Positions 7,143-14,774 of a stretch of DNA of 39,676 nt are shown here, one piece after another. Made by a program: the position numbers and the translations under genes. Position 1 is the first letter of the stretch. Each line of letters starts with the position of its first letter. The notes under the pieces are model-generated. The model saw nothing but the letters and a program-made list of their open reading frames with translations. It searched no databases and was not told where the DNA came from. Source of the stretch: a virus (taxonomy: Duplodnaviria > Caudoviricetes); the IMG/VR virus record IMGVR_UViG_3300011441_000023, positions 1-39,676 of that record. One strand, written 5' to 3'.

Positions 7143-8650
7143 CGATCCGTCGTCCTCTCATCGCCTTGGCTGGTGGTGCGCGTCTCGCCGGCGCTCGTGG
7201 TCGTGATCGTGAGCGTGCCCGCGGTTGTGGATGTGATCGGGTCGCTGGTCGTTCTCAGGTCGCCCGCACTCGTGGTCGTGATGGGCGCCTGGCTGATGAC
7301 AATGACGGTAAACCCTTGCGGCAGCTCGCACGTCGCCAGGAACGTGACCGCCCGCGGCATGAGCCGGACTGGCTCACTCAGCGGCACCTGCCACGGCATC
7401 GTCACGGTTGGGCGCGGGATGACCCGGACCGGCTGTTGGACGCTGGCCGGCTCGAGGAGCCGGAACTTCGCGCGGACGGGTTCAGAGAGCGGCTGATACC
7501 AGGCGATCGTCGAGGGCGACGTGCTGGTCGGCCGTTCGGCCCCCGTGCGGAAGTCGACCACGCGCGCCGGCCGGCGGGCGGGTTCGCTGAGGGGCACCGC
7601 CCACGCGATCGAGACGGCCGGCGCCGGCACGGCGATTGGTTGTTCGCCTCCAGTTGGAGGGAGGGGGGCCATGGCGCGCCGGGTCGGTTCCCCGAGCGGC
7701 ACGGCCCACGCCAGCGACACCACGGTCACCGGCGGGACGAAGAGCGGATCGTCGGCGCCCGTGCGCGGAATCGCACTCAGCGGCCGGCGCGTCGGTTCGC
7801 TGAGGGCGGGCGCCCAATCGAGTGGCCCCGCCACGCGCGGGATCGGACTGATCGGCTGAACACTGTATTTCCGGTCGACGTCAGTCGGCCTGAGCCTGGT
7901 CGGTTCACTGAGCGCCTGGTACCAGTCCAGGGGGGGCGCGACAAACACGACGACGTTCTGGACGTTCTCGCCCCCTGTGGCGTACGTAACCGTGCGTTGA
8001 GGTGCCCACTGTGGCTCGGCAAGTGGTGTGTACCACGTCGTGTGCTGCGACGTCGGAACTTCAAGCGGGCGCTCCGCCCACGTCTCCGAAAGCGTCAGCC
8101 GTGGGTCGCGTCTCGGTTCGCTGAGCGGTTCGTACCAGGTGACGTGCTGGGAGGTCGGAATCTCAAGCGGCCGTTCCGCCCACGTCTCATACTGCAGCGG
8201 CCGTGGCGCATGCCGTTGTGGTTCACTGAGTGGCTGGTACCACGTAACGTGCTGGGACTCTGGAATCTCAAGCGGGCGTTCTGCCCCCGTGCTGAAATCC
8301 GTCGCCCGACTAAGGCGGACGGGTTCACTGAGGGGTTGATACCACGTCGTGTGCTGCGATGTTGGAACTTCAAGGACGCGCTCGGCATTCGTCGCGTAAC
8401 TGACGGTGTGTTTCGGATCCCGTCGCGGCTCACTGAGTGGCTGATACCACCGATCAATGGTGACCGGATCCGCCGCCACCACCCGCGGGACGAAGCTCGT
8501 AATGGCAACAAACAGCGCCGCCATCGGGATGAGCACGCGCGGCGGCAGTTCAGGCAGACTCCCGCGCCACCCATGCTTCAGGTTTTCGACCCTCTGCGTG
8601 GGGAGCACCGGCTCCACGTACGATTGGTACTGCCAGTGACCGTCGTTCAT
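7139..8650 (-). CDS. Pro/Thr-rich repeat protein with 11 W-x-x-[PA]-L-[SAG]-E-P units (period about 34-37 aa)
   Basis: WYQPLSEP x4, WYEPLSEP, WYTPLAEP, WYQALSEP, WAPALSEP, WAVPLGEP, WAVPLSEP, WQVPLSEP; Thr-rich C-terminal tail; ATGA-coupled to the next gene. Confidence 0.85.
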   Translation of the reverse strand: MNDGHWQYQSYVEPVLPTQRVENLKHGWRGSLPELPPRVLIPMAALFVAITSFVPRVVAADPVTIDRWYQPLSEPRRDPKHTVSYATNAERVLEVPTSQHTTWYQPLSEPVRLSRATDFSTGAERPLEIPESQHVTWYQPLSEPQRHAPRPLQYETWAERPLEIPTSQHVTWYEPLSEPRRDPRLTLSETWAERPLEVPTSQHTTWYTPLAEPQWAPQRTVTYATGGENVQNVVVFVAPPLDWYQALSEPTRLRPTDVDRKYSVQPISPIPRVAGPLDWAPALSEPTRRPLSAIPRTGADDPLFVPPVTVVSLAWAVPLGEPTRRAMAPLPPTGGEQPIAVPAPAVSIAWAVPLSEPARRPARVVDFRTGAERPTSTSPSTIAWYQPLSEPVRAKFRLLEPASVQQPVRVIPRPTVTMPWQVPLSEPVRLMPRAVTFLATCELPQGFTVIVISQAPITTTSAGDLRTTSDPITSTTAGTLTITTTSAGETRTTSQGDERTTDR

Positions 8651-8654
8651 TTAT

Positions 8655-8924
8655 TTATCGGTGGCCGCGCTTCTCCGCTAGATCGAGTTGCTGCTCATGG
8701 GGCCGGCACGTGAGACACCCCGGCCCGCAAATCATGCCGCTACAATTCCGACACCAGCCGCGCGTGATGCCTGACCCCCGTTGCATCACGAAGTGGCCGT
8801 TGCAATGGACACATTGCACGGTGTCCGCGACGTGCGCCCCATCGAGCAGAATCGCGCCCGAGGGTTTCCGCACGGAGACCGCGTCCCCGTACGGATGCCC
8901 ATAGGCGTCAACCACGGCCGCCAC
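8655..8924 (-). CDS. Cys-rich Zn-finger-like protein
   Basis: CVHC...WCRNC...ICGPGC..C; GTG start with GAGG upstream. The longer ORF-track start overlaps the upstream gene. Confidence 0.65.
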   Translation of the reverse strand: MAAVVDAYGHPYGDAVSVRKPSGAILLDGAHVADTVQCVHCNGHFVMQRGSGITRGWCRNCSGMICGPGCLTCRPHEQQLDLAEKRGHR

Positions 8925-8929
8925 GGCCG

Positions 8930-9376
8930 CTATTCCTCGAAGAGAAACGTGGCGACTTCCGTGAACTGCGTCGAGACGGCGTTGCAGAGCAACGCGATCC
9001 CGTCGCCGGCCAGCGCGGGGATGATCAGCTCTGACCCAGGCGCCGCCACCCAGCGTACGGTCGCGCGCTGATTGTGCGAGAGCCGCAGCAGAATTTCGCC
9101 GGCGGTCAGCGTCGGCTCCACGGTGTAGGTGTGCTTCGACGTCGCTACCGCCGCGGGGTCGTTGAAGTCGAGCGGCTGGGGCGTGGTGCTCGTGGCGGTC
9201 CCGTCGGCCGAGAACCGCTGGAGCTGGAAGTCCGCGCTGTAGTCGTTCGGCGTGGACGACGAACTCAGGACGAGGTCGTAGATCGCCGGTCGCACGGTGG
9301 TCGCCGCAATGACGCTCAGAACCGTGTCTGCCGCAATAAGGGCCATTGCGCCGCTGGTTGCATATCGATGTGCCAT
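8930..9376 (-). CDS. 148-aa beta-rich putative virion structural protein
   Basis: AGGAG RBS; Ala/Thr-rich, ends VATFLFEE with a YTVEPT motif; composition typical of small virion subunits. Confidence 0.65.
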   Translation of the reverse strand: MAHRYATSGAMALIAADTVLSVIAATTVRPAIYDLVLSSSSTPNDYSADFQLQRFSADGTATSTTPQPLDFNDPAAVATSKHTYTVEPTLTAGEILLRLSHNQRATVRWVAAPGSELIIPALAGDGIALLCNAVSTQFTEVATFLFEE

Positions 9377-9406
9377 GTGTCTCTCTGCTCCTTTTTGACC
9401 TGCTCG

Positions 9407-10756
9407 TTAGTGGTACGCTACCGGTTTCAGTTCCCGCCGAATCCGAAAATGGGTCTCCGCCATATTCCAGCCGAGGGCCGTCGTCGCCACGGCCGCCGGC
9501 CCGCACACCAGATACCCGAACCAGCACTGACTGGGATCGGTATCGTCCATGACGAACGTCACGCCGTCACTGTCAAAGGACTTCACATCCATCAACCCCT
9601 GGACGGCCGACGCCGTGCTGATGTTGATGTAGACCGCGTCGTATTCGATCGCGGGCGTGACTTCGGCGTTCGCGGTCGCGTTCTCGTCGAGCAGCGCCTG
9701 CGCCACGCGCGTCGAGGTACCACTCGCCGCCCCGATGGAGCCGGCCGCATGGGCGCTCGAGCTGGCGCCGTCTTCCGCCTTGAAGGCCGAGATCACGAGC
9801 GTCCCGGACGGCGCCACGCCCAGACCCGACACGGCAATGTCGTTCCCGTCCGTGCGCGTCAGCGAGTTGCCGACCAGCCACGTCCCGCCCTTAATCACCA
9901 TCCAGACAATCTGGCACGCAGAGTCGTGACGATTGAAATTAAGGCGAAAGCCATTCGAGAGGAATGAACTGAATGTCGCGAAGTTGTCAACGGGCGTGCC
10001 AGAGGTGTCGTCGTCCATGACGACCAGCGCATTGGCATCACTCGCCCACCCTTGCGTGTCCATCGTCGCCTGCCCGCCGTCAATCGCCCATCCGACCGCG
10101 CCGGATTCACCCGACCCGCTCGACATGCCGAAGTTCACCGAGCAATCGGTCATGCCGGTGTTGATGGTCGGCAAGTCACCGCAGGCCGCCATGAACACCA
10201 TGTCGCCTTGAAAACCCGGCGATGTAATATCAAGATCGCCCGTGCCCACGGACACGGTATTCCCATTGGCCACGTTCGTGATCGAATCCCCGCCGAGCGC
10301 GAGGTAGGACACGCGGAAGCTGGCAGGCAACTGGTCGTCCACCACCAGCGTGAAGCCGCCACTGTCGAGCGATTGGAGATCGAGCGCCCCGTCGAGTGCG
10401 CCCGCCGCAGATGTGCAGGTGCCGACGCACGCATCGTTCCGCACCATGCACGCCGACGCCGAGTTGGCGCCGTTGTCGATGTTGATGCCAAACGCGCAGC
10501 CGCGGGCGCTGGTGCCACTCGCAAACCCGAACCCATGCCGGGTATTGGCGCGCCCGATCGCGTCCGTCGCATCCGAGCGCCCCGTCCACCAGAAGATGAT
10601 GGCCTTCGGCGTAAACGAGTTCCCCAGATTATTCACGAGCCCCGTCACGGCGATCGTCTGCGTGGCCGTTTTCGTCGAGTCGGCCAGAAACGTGCCGGCA
10701 TAGCAATCGAGTTGCGCCATCAGCAGCGTCCCGATGATGAGGAAGAGTCGCCCCAC
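9407..10756 (-). CDS. 449-aa Gly/Ser/Thr/Ala-rich putative virion fibre or tip protein with three internal repeats
   Basis: Repeated units G/FxPxxxxF ... SxDSxGFTL/NGFRL/SFDSDGVTF ... YLA/WMV/YLV. Confidence 0.7.
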   Translation of the reverse strand: MGRLFLIIGTLLMAQLDCYAGTFLADSTKTATQTIAVTGLVNNLGNSFTPKAIIFWWTGRSDATDAIGRANTRHGFGFASGTSARGCAFGINIDNGANSASACMVRNDACVGTCTSAAGALDGALDLQSLDSGGFTLVVDDQLPASFRVSYLALGGDSITNVANGNTVSVGTGDLDITSPGFQGDMVFMAACGDLPTINTGMTDCSVNFGMSSGSGESGAVGWAIDGGQATMDTQGWASDANALVVMDDDTSGTPVDNFATFSSFLSNGFRLNFNRHDSACQIVWMVIKGGTWLVGNSLTRTDGNDIAVSGLGVAPSGTLVISAFKAEDGASSSAHAAGSIGAASGTSTRVAQALLDENATANAEVTPAIEYDAVYINISTASAVQGLMDVKSFDSDGVTFVMDDTDPSQCWFGYLVCGPAAVATTALGWNMAETHFRIRRELKPVAYH

Positions 10757-10758
10757 AC

Positions 10759-11421
10759 TTACAGTCCCAACCTGACCCGCATCTCGGCCGCCGTGCTGTA
10801 GCCGGCACGGTCTTTCAGCAAAAAGAGTTCGTGAATGATCCCGGAGGTGAGGGTGCCGTGGCGCTTCATCAGCAGCGACCCGCCGTAGTACACCGGATCG
10901 TCGGCCGCCGTCGTCGACTTCGCCCTGACGCGCAGGATCTTCACGCCTGGACTGAGCGGCGGGTCGAAGGTCGCCGCGGTCGATAGCAGTTTGTTGTCGC
11001 CGGCCGCCGCGGCATCGTCGATCACTGCGACTTCAGCGCCGTTCGTCTCATTCCACAGTTGCCAGCTCTGCGTCCCGTTGCCCACTTTGTTCACGCGCAC
11101 GCCGAAGGTGATCGCGGAGATGCCGCCGATCTCGACGAGCGCCACCCCCAGGCCGCGGCTGATCGGCGTATTGTCGTACGTGGTGCCGATGTTCGTCAGC
11201 GTGGCGAACGATCCGAACGTCACCGACTCGGTCGGTGGCGTAATCTTCGCCGCCAAGGCCGCGGCTTCCGTCGCGTCGTCACCCGTCAACCCGAAGAGGG
11301 CCGCGGCTTCCGCGCCAGTCAAGACGCCCCGCTGAAACTCGCCCAGGGCTGAACAGAAGTCGTGGACGGGGATCGTCGGCTCGACGAGACTTAACAGTCG
11401 TTCGATGAGTTGTGACGCCAT
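10759..11421 (-). CDS. Hypothetical protein, 220 aa (helical N-terminus, beta-sandwich-like core)
   Basis: Long ORF collinear with its neighbours; its stop lies 2 nt from the next start. Confidence 0.7.
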   Translation of the reverse strand: MASQLIERLLSLVEPTIPVHDFCSALGEFQRGVLTGAEAAALFGLTGDDATEAAALAAKITPPTESVTFGSFATLTNIGTTYDNTPISRGLGVALVEIGGISAITFGVRVNKVGNGTQSWQLWNETNGAEVAVIDDAAAAGDNKLLSTAATFDPPLSPGVKILRVRAKSTTAADDPVYYGGSLLMKRHGTLTSGIIHELFLLKDRAGYSTAAEMRVRLGL

Positions 11422-11474
11422 CTAGATTCCATGTACGTGGCCGTTCACTATGTCAGCTCCCATTCTGGAAAAAC

Positions 11475-11604
11475 GGCGCGTCCGTGGCTGCGTGCCATCT
11501 GCGATGTGGTCAGCATCGATTTCGTCTCACAACCCCTTCACCCGTGGCGGGTGTGGGCATCGCAGTTCCCACGCAGTTACCCGTGCTCGGACCACGGACG
11601 CGCC
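11475..11604 (-). ncRNA. Candidate structured ncRNA or cis-regulatory RNA
   Basis: Nested perfect inverted repeats: 13 bp (11475-87/11592-604), 7 bp (11488-94/11570-76) and 8 bp (11499-506/11558-65), plus small internal hairpins; followed by GTTTTT on the minus strand; lies in a 197-bp intergenic gap. Confidence 0.6.
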
Positions 11605-11618
11605 CCCCGGGTGTGTCG

Positions 11619-12149
11619 TTACTTCTTCCGCGACGTCAGCTCGGCGGTCGCCTCTGGCGCCGCCGTGTTCGGGAAGTCGACCTCGGTGCCCTCTTCGATG
11701 GAACTGAGGAATTGTTCGACGGCCGCCAAGTTCGCCTTCAGGCGAATGCCGTCCGCCTCGATGACGCCACCCCCGATGGCCGCCGAGTTCGAGTGCGACA
11801 GCTCGTAGGCGATGGTCTGGAACATGATGACCAGCGCCTCGGCATCGCCGTTGACGGCCTTACCGTCGACCGACTTCAGCGAGGGCACTTCGTCGTGCTG
11901 ACAGTCGAACTTGATCCGGTGGGTCGTGGGCAGATCGGGAATGGGCCGCGCGATGATCGCATCCGCCCGCTCCACCAGATTGGTCAGCCATCCTGCGAAC
12001 CGTTTGACGGCGTGCTCGTCGAAGCCGATGGCCAGCCCGGCGCTCGGCTCCTCGGCGACGTTGTGGGCGCACTCATTGGCAAAATCCGCCACGCTGCGCA
12101 GCTCCGCATTCCGTACCGGAAAAATGCCGAACAATTCTTGAAACGCCAT
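11619..12149 (-). CDS. Hypothetical protein, 176 aa
   Basis: AAGGAG RBS; globular composition; no family recognised. Confidence 0.75.
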   Translation of the reverse strand: MAFQELFGIFPVRNAELRSVADFANECAHNVAEEPSAGLAIGFDEHAVKRFAGWLTNLVERADAIIARPIPDLPTTHRIKFDCQHDEVPSLKSVDGKAVNGDAEALVIMFQTIAYELSHSNSAAIGGGVIEADGIRLKANLAAVEQFLSSIEEGTEVDFPNTAAPEATAELTSRKK

Positions 12150-12155
12150 ACACCG

Positions 12156-12431
12156 CTACTCCTTCTGGTCGCTGCGTGTCTGGACGGAGGCGCGAGTCCG
12201 CAGCAGTGACTTCGCGTCCGACGACAGAGGTTTATTGCCGAGATGCCAGCCGTGATGCCGGGCGCACCAATACACCGTGAGCCGAAAGGGATCGACCACG
12301 CGGGCTTTCATCACCCGTAACACCTTTTCGGCATCGACTTTGTGCCGATACGTGCGTTTCCGGCACGTCACGGCACTCCCGGGAGGAACGTCACGAGGGA
12401 ACGTGCGCGCATGTCTCCGAAGGATGCACAC
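12156..12431 (-). CDS. Small phage protein with C-x-K-x-x-Y...Y-x-C-x-x-H-x-G-W-H motif (start uncertain)
   Basis: TCRKRTYRHKVDA...VYWCARHHGWHLG resembles a common small Zn-binding phage protein pattern. Confidence 0.6.
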   Translation of the reverse strand: MCILRRHARTFPRDVPPGSAVTCRKRTYRHKVDAEKVLRVMKARVVDPFRLTVYWCARHHGWHLGNKPLSSDAKSLLRTRASVQTRSDQKE

Positions 12432-12482
12432 ACTGTTCAGGAAAGGAAAGGGTTGTTACGTCGGGAAACGTGGGGAAACGTG
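12385..12482. promoter_or_regulatory. Repeated GG(A)AACGT(G) motifs at the early/late boundary
   Basis: Tandem GGGAAACGTG at 12463-72 and 12473-82; GGAACGT at 12385-91; GGGAACGTG at 12397-405. Confidence 0.45.
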
Positions 12483-12644
12483 GTGCGCGCGCCGGTAGGC
12501 CTTGAGATCCACGACCGCAATGCGGCGGCAGCGTCGCACCAGGAAGGCGGGGAGCTTGCCGTCACGAATGAGCCGCCAGATGGTTTGTCGGCTCACGTCG
12601 AGGAGCCTGGCCGCTTCCGTGATCGACACGGACTCGCGACTCAT
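12456..12644 (-). CDS. Excisionase-like HTH_17 DNA-binding protein
   Basis: SVSITEAARLLDVSRQTIWRLIRDGKLPAFLVRRCRRIAVVDL; ATGA-coupled. Confidence 0.8.
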   Translation of the reverse strand: MSRESVSITEAARLLDVSRQTIWRLIRDGKLPAFLVRRCRRIAVVDLKAYRRAHHVSPRFPT

Positions 12645-12871
12645 TTCGCCATCCGTAGCTTGTGTCCGCGCCCCCGATGCCGCTGCGCGACCCGTTTCGG
12701 ATTCGTGCGGTCGTACTCCGCGCGTTTGTGTCGGCACGCCGTGCACCGCCAGTGTTCGTCGCCGGGCGCCTTGGGTTGGCCACATTCGACGCACATCCCC
12801 CGCGCCCGTGCCTGATGCTGCCAGCGTTGCTGCGGAGTCTCGATCTCCGCGGAACAGTTGGGGCACTTCAT
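12641..12871 (-). CDS. Small Zn-finger protein
   Basis: CPNC...GMCVECG...WRCTAC. Confidence 0.65.
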   Translation of the reverse strand: MKCPNCSAEIETPQQRWQHQARARGMCVECGQPKAPGDEHWRCTACRHKRAEYDRTNPKRVAQRHRGRGHKLRMAK

Positions 12872-13006
12872 GATTCGCGTGTCTGCCTCAGCGCGTCTGC
12901 CAACGATCCACGCCCATCGAACACGACCTCGAACGCGTCATCGCCACGGCGCCGCGGCCGTGTGGCTGCCTCGTGTCCGCTCGTCGGTTGGTCCTCGGAT
13001 CGCCGT

Positions 13007-13969
13007 TCAGGGTTCCTCCTTCGCCGACTTGCCCGGCAGCGACAACCGTCGCGACATCGTGGCCCCGGTGGCGACCAGCTGCCCGCTCTTCAGCAGCGGC
13101 GCCGTGTTGTAGCGCAACTTCGCCGGGTAGCACTTCATCTGCTTCGCGAGCTCGCCAGGCGCGATACTGCCACCCGCGCGTTTCACGGCCGCGAGAATGG
13201 CGGTGCCGCGTTCGCTCACTTCGACGGGACGTGTCGGCTTCGACGTCCGCGGCGACTTCCGTCGATCGGGCACCACGACCGCGGCCGCCGCCGGGCGCGC
13301 GGTGACCGCGCCACCGTTCAGTGTCTCGAGCAGCCGGATCGTCTGGTCGATGGCATCCCGTTGGAGCCGCAGCTCGACGAGCGCGCCGTCGAACTTTCCG
13401 CTCACAGGGTCACCTTCGTTCGTTCGTTCGTTCGTTCGTTCGTTCGTTCGTTCGTTCGTTCGTTCGTTCGTTCGTTCGTTCGTTCGTTCGTTCTGGCCTC
13501 GCGGCATCCTCGCCTCCTCCAGCCCCCAGTGCGGTAGTACGATGCGCGTCTCCGTGACCCGATCGAGCAGGCGCAGCGCAACCGCCATCACCGGCTCGTC
13601 GTTGGCCTCGGCCTTCTTCATGTCCTCCGGGAATTTCTGATAGAGCATCTGCGCGAGGATCGACAGGTCCATCGCGGCGTTGAACACCTCGTCGCCGAGC
13701 TGCTCCATGAAATGCGTGCTCACCGCATCCGACAGCATCCGGAAGGCCTTCACGAGCGCGGTCTGATGCAGGAGACCGAGCGCGTCCCAGTCCGTCGCGT
13801 GGGCCGGCGCTTTCGCGGCGAGCGCGACCATCACCGGCAGCGTCGACGCCGCGAACGTCATCGCGAGCTCGCAGCGCGTGCAAAGGGTTTCGTCCTCATC
13901 CGCCCACGAGCAGCCGCCCTCGCAGCCGTGGTCCTTCGTGCACGAACAGAACCGGCACGTGCCCTTCAT
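13007..13969 (-). CDS. Composite ORF: Cys-rich N-terminal domain + NERT repeat + coiled coil/winged-helix C-terminal domain
   Basis: ATG at 13969 (MKGTCRFCSCTKDHGCEGGCSW...LCTRC). Internal in-frame starts: ATG 13507 (GGAGGAGG RBS) and GTG 13405. C-terminus AILAAVK..GGSIAPGELAKQM...LLKSGQLVATG is wHTH-like. Confidence 0.6.
   Translation of the reverse strand: MKGTCRFCSCTKDHGCEGGCSWADEDETLCTRCELAMTFAASTLPVMVALAAKAPAHATDWDALGLLHQTALVKAFRMLSDAVSTHFMEQLGDEVFNAAMDLSILAQMLYQKFPEDMKKAEANDEPVMAVALRLLDRVTETRIVLPHWGLEEARMPRGQNERTNERTNERTNERTNERTNERTNEGDPVSGKFDGALVELRLQRDAIDQTIRLLETLNGGAVTARPAAAAVVVPDRRKSPRTSKPTRPVEVSERGTAILAAVKRAGGSIAPGELAKQMKCYPAKLRYNTAPLLKSGQLVATGATMSRRLSLPGKSAKEEP
13415..13493. repeat. 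Perfect tetranucleotide SSR (TTCG)19+TTC; (GAAC)n on the coding strand
   Basis: 79 bp of uninterrupted repeat, counted directly from the sequence. Confidence 0.95.
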
Positions 13970-14343
13970 ACAGCCTCGCCTTCTTTCTTCGCGCGATAGT
14001 GCGGAACGTTCTTGGCTTGCAGATACCCAACCTGCACGAGCCACGCGATCACCGCATCCAGGTCGCCAGCCACGTGTGCCACGTGCGCGTCGAGACAGCA
14101 CTGCCGGAACGCCAACTGCGCTGGCCGCATCCGGCCGCGTGGGGCTTTCGCTTCGACGACGAGGAGCTGGCGCTCGCCCGACCTCGTGGGCAGGAACGCG
14201 ATGACGTCCGGCAGTCCAGCGCTCATCATCGTGCCGGGATGATCCCCACGCCGCCGCGTCGTGCCCAATACGAACACCTGACCACCCAGCGACCTGAGGA
14301 GCCGCACGATGTGCGATTGGATGGCGCGCTCGGGGTGTTTCAC
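13966..14343 (-). CDS. VRR-NUC domain nuclease (Holliday junction resolvase-like)
   Basis: ERAIQSHI...GLPDVI...VVEAKAPRGRMRPAQ PD-(D/E)xK motif. Confidence 0.85.
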   Translation of the reverse strand: MKHPERAIQSHIVRLLRSLGGQVFVLGTTRRRGDHPGTMMSAGLPDVIAFLPTRSGERQLLVVEAKAPRGRMRPAQLAFRQCCLDAHVAHVAGDLDAVIAWLVQVGYLQAKNVPHYRAKKEGEAV

Positions 14344-14774
14344 AGTTCCTCGTTCTGACTTTTCCTTGAGGATTTCGTCATGCGCTGATAGGCGTGGTTG
14401 GTGGGCCGACACGAACACGGGATGCAGACCTGACGTCCATCACGCTCGACGTCGCACCAGCCCGTATCTCGGCAGCCGTCGCACTCGTGAAGCACGTCCG
14501 TGGCGGGGCGACTCGCCAGCGCTTCCCGTGTTCTGTCCTGGATCAGCTGCTCGGCGACGCGATGCCATTCCGGCGCGGTCGGAAAGAACGCCCCACCTTT
14601 CCGCCGCAGCGTCAGCGCCGCCTCCTGAATCGCCCAGAGCGGTACGTCGCTCATCGTCTCGCGATAGATTTTCACGGTCGCGGCGTCGATCTGCCGCTGG
14701 AACGCCACGGCGAGCTCAGCGGTGCACGTGTCGATGGCCTTCGCGTCGGCCGGGAGGACGAGAGTCTGCGTCAT
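14340..14774 (-). CDS. Replication accessory protein (helicase loader/inhibitor-like, C-terminal Zn finger)
   Basis: Y...SDVP.WAI..A......FFPTAPE followed by CDGCRDTGW...PCSC; directly after the initiator gene. Confidence 0.6.
   Translation of the reverse strand: MTQTLVLPADAKAIDTCTAELAVAFQRQIDAATVKIYRETMSDVPLWAIQEAALTLRRKGGAFFPTAPEWHRVAEQLIQDRTREALASRPATDVLHECDGCRDTGWCDVERDGRQVCIPCSCRPTNHAYQRMTKSSRKSQNEEL

Noticed and set aside
7370-8450. DGR template/variable repeats or CRISPR within the repeat-protein gene
   Set aside because: No reverse transcriptase in the genome; repeats are degenerate, in-frame and conserved at the protein level.
7127-8713. Long plus-strand ORFs (7127-8713, 24492-25634, 35125-36399, 36484-37911 and similar)
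   Set aside because: Antisense shadows of well-supported minus-strand genes in GC-rich DNA; Arg-rich and without motifs.
11475-11604. Assignment of the structured RNA to hammerhead, tRNA, SRP or 6S families
   Set aside because: No CUGAnGA hammerhead core, T-loop or SRP loop recognisable by eye; left unassigned pending an Rfam search.
12868-13133. Small ORF(s) between the wHTH gene and the Zn-finger gene
   Set aside because: An AGGAGG precedes only a CTG, and the more protein-like frame (GDDAFEVVFDGRGSLADALRQ) has no nearby start; no gene can be called with support.
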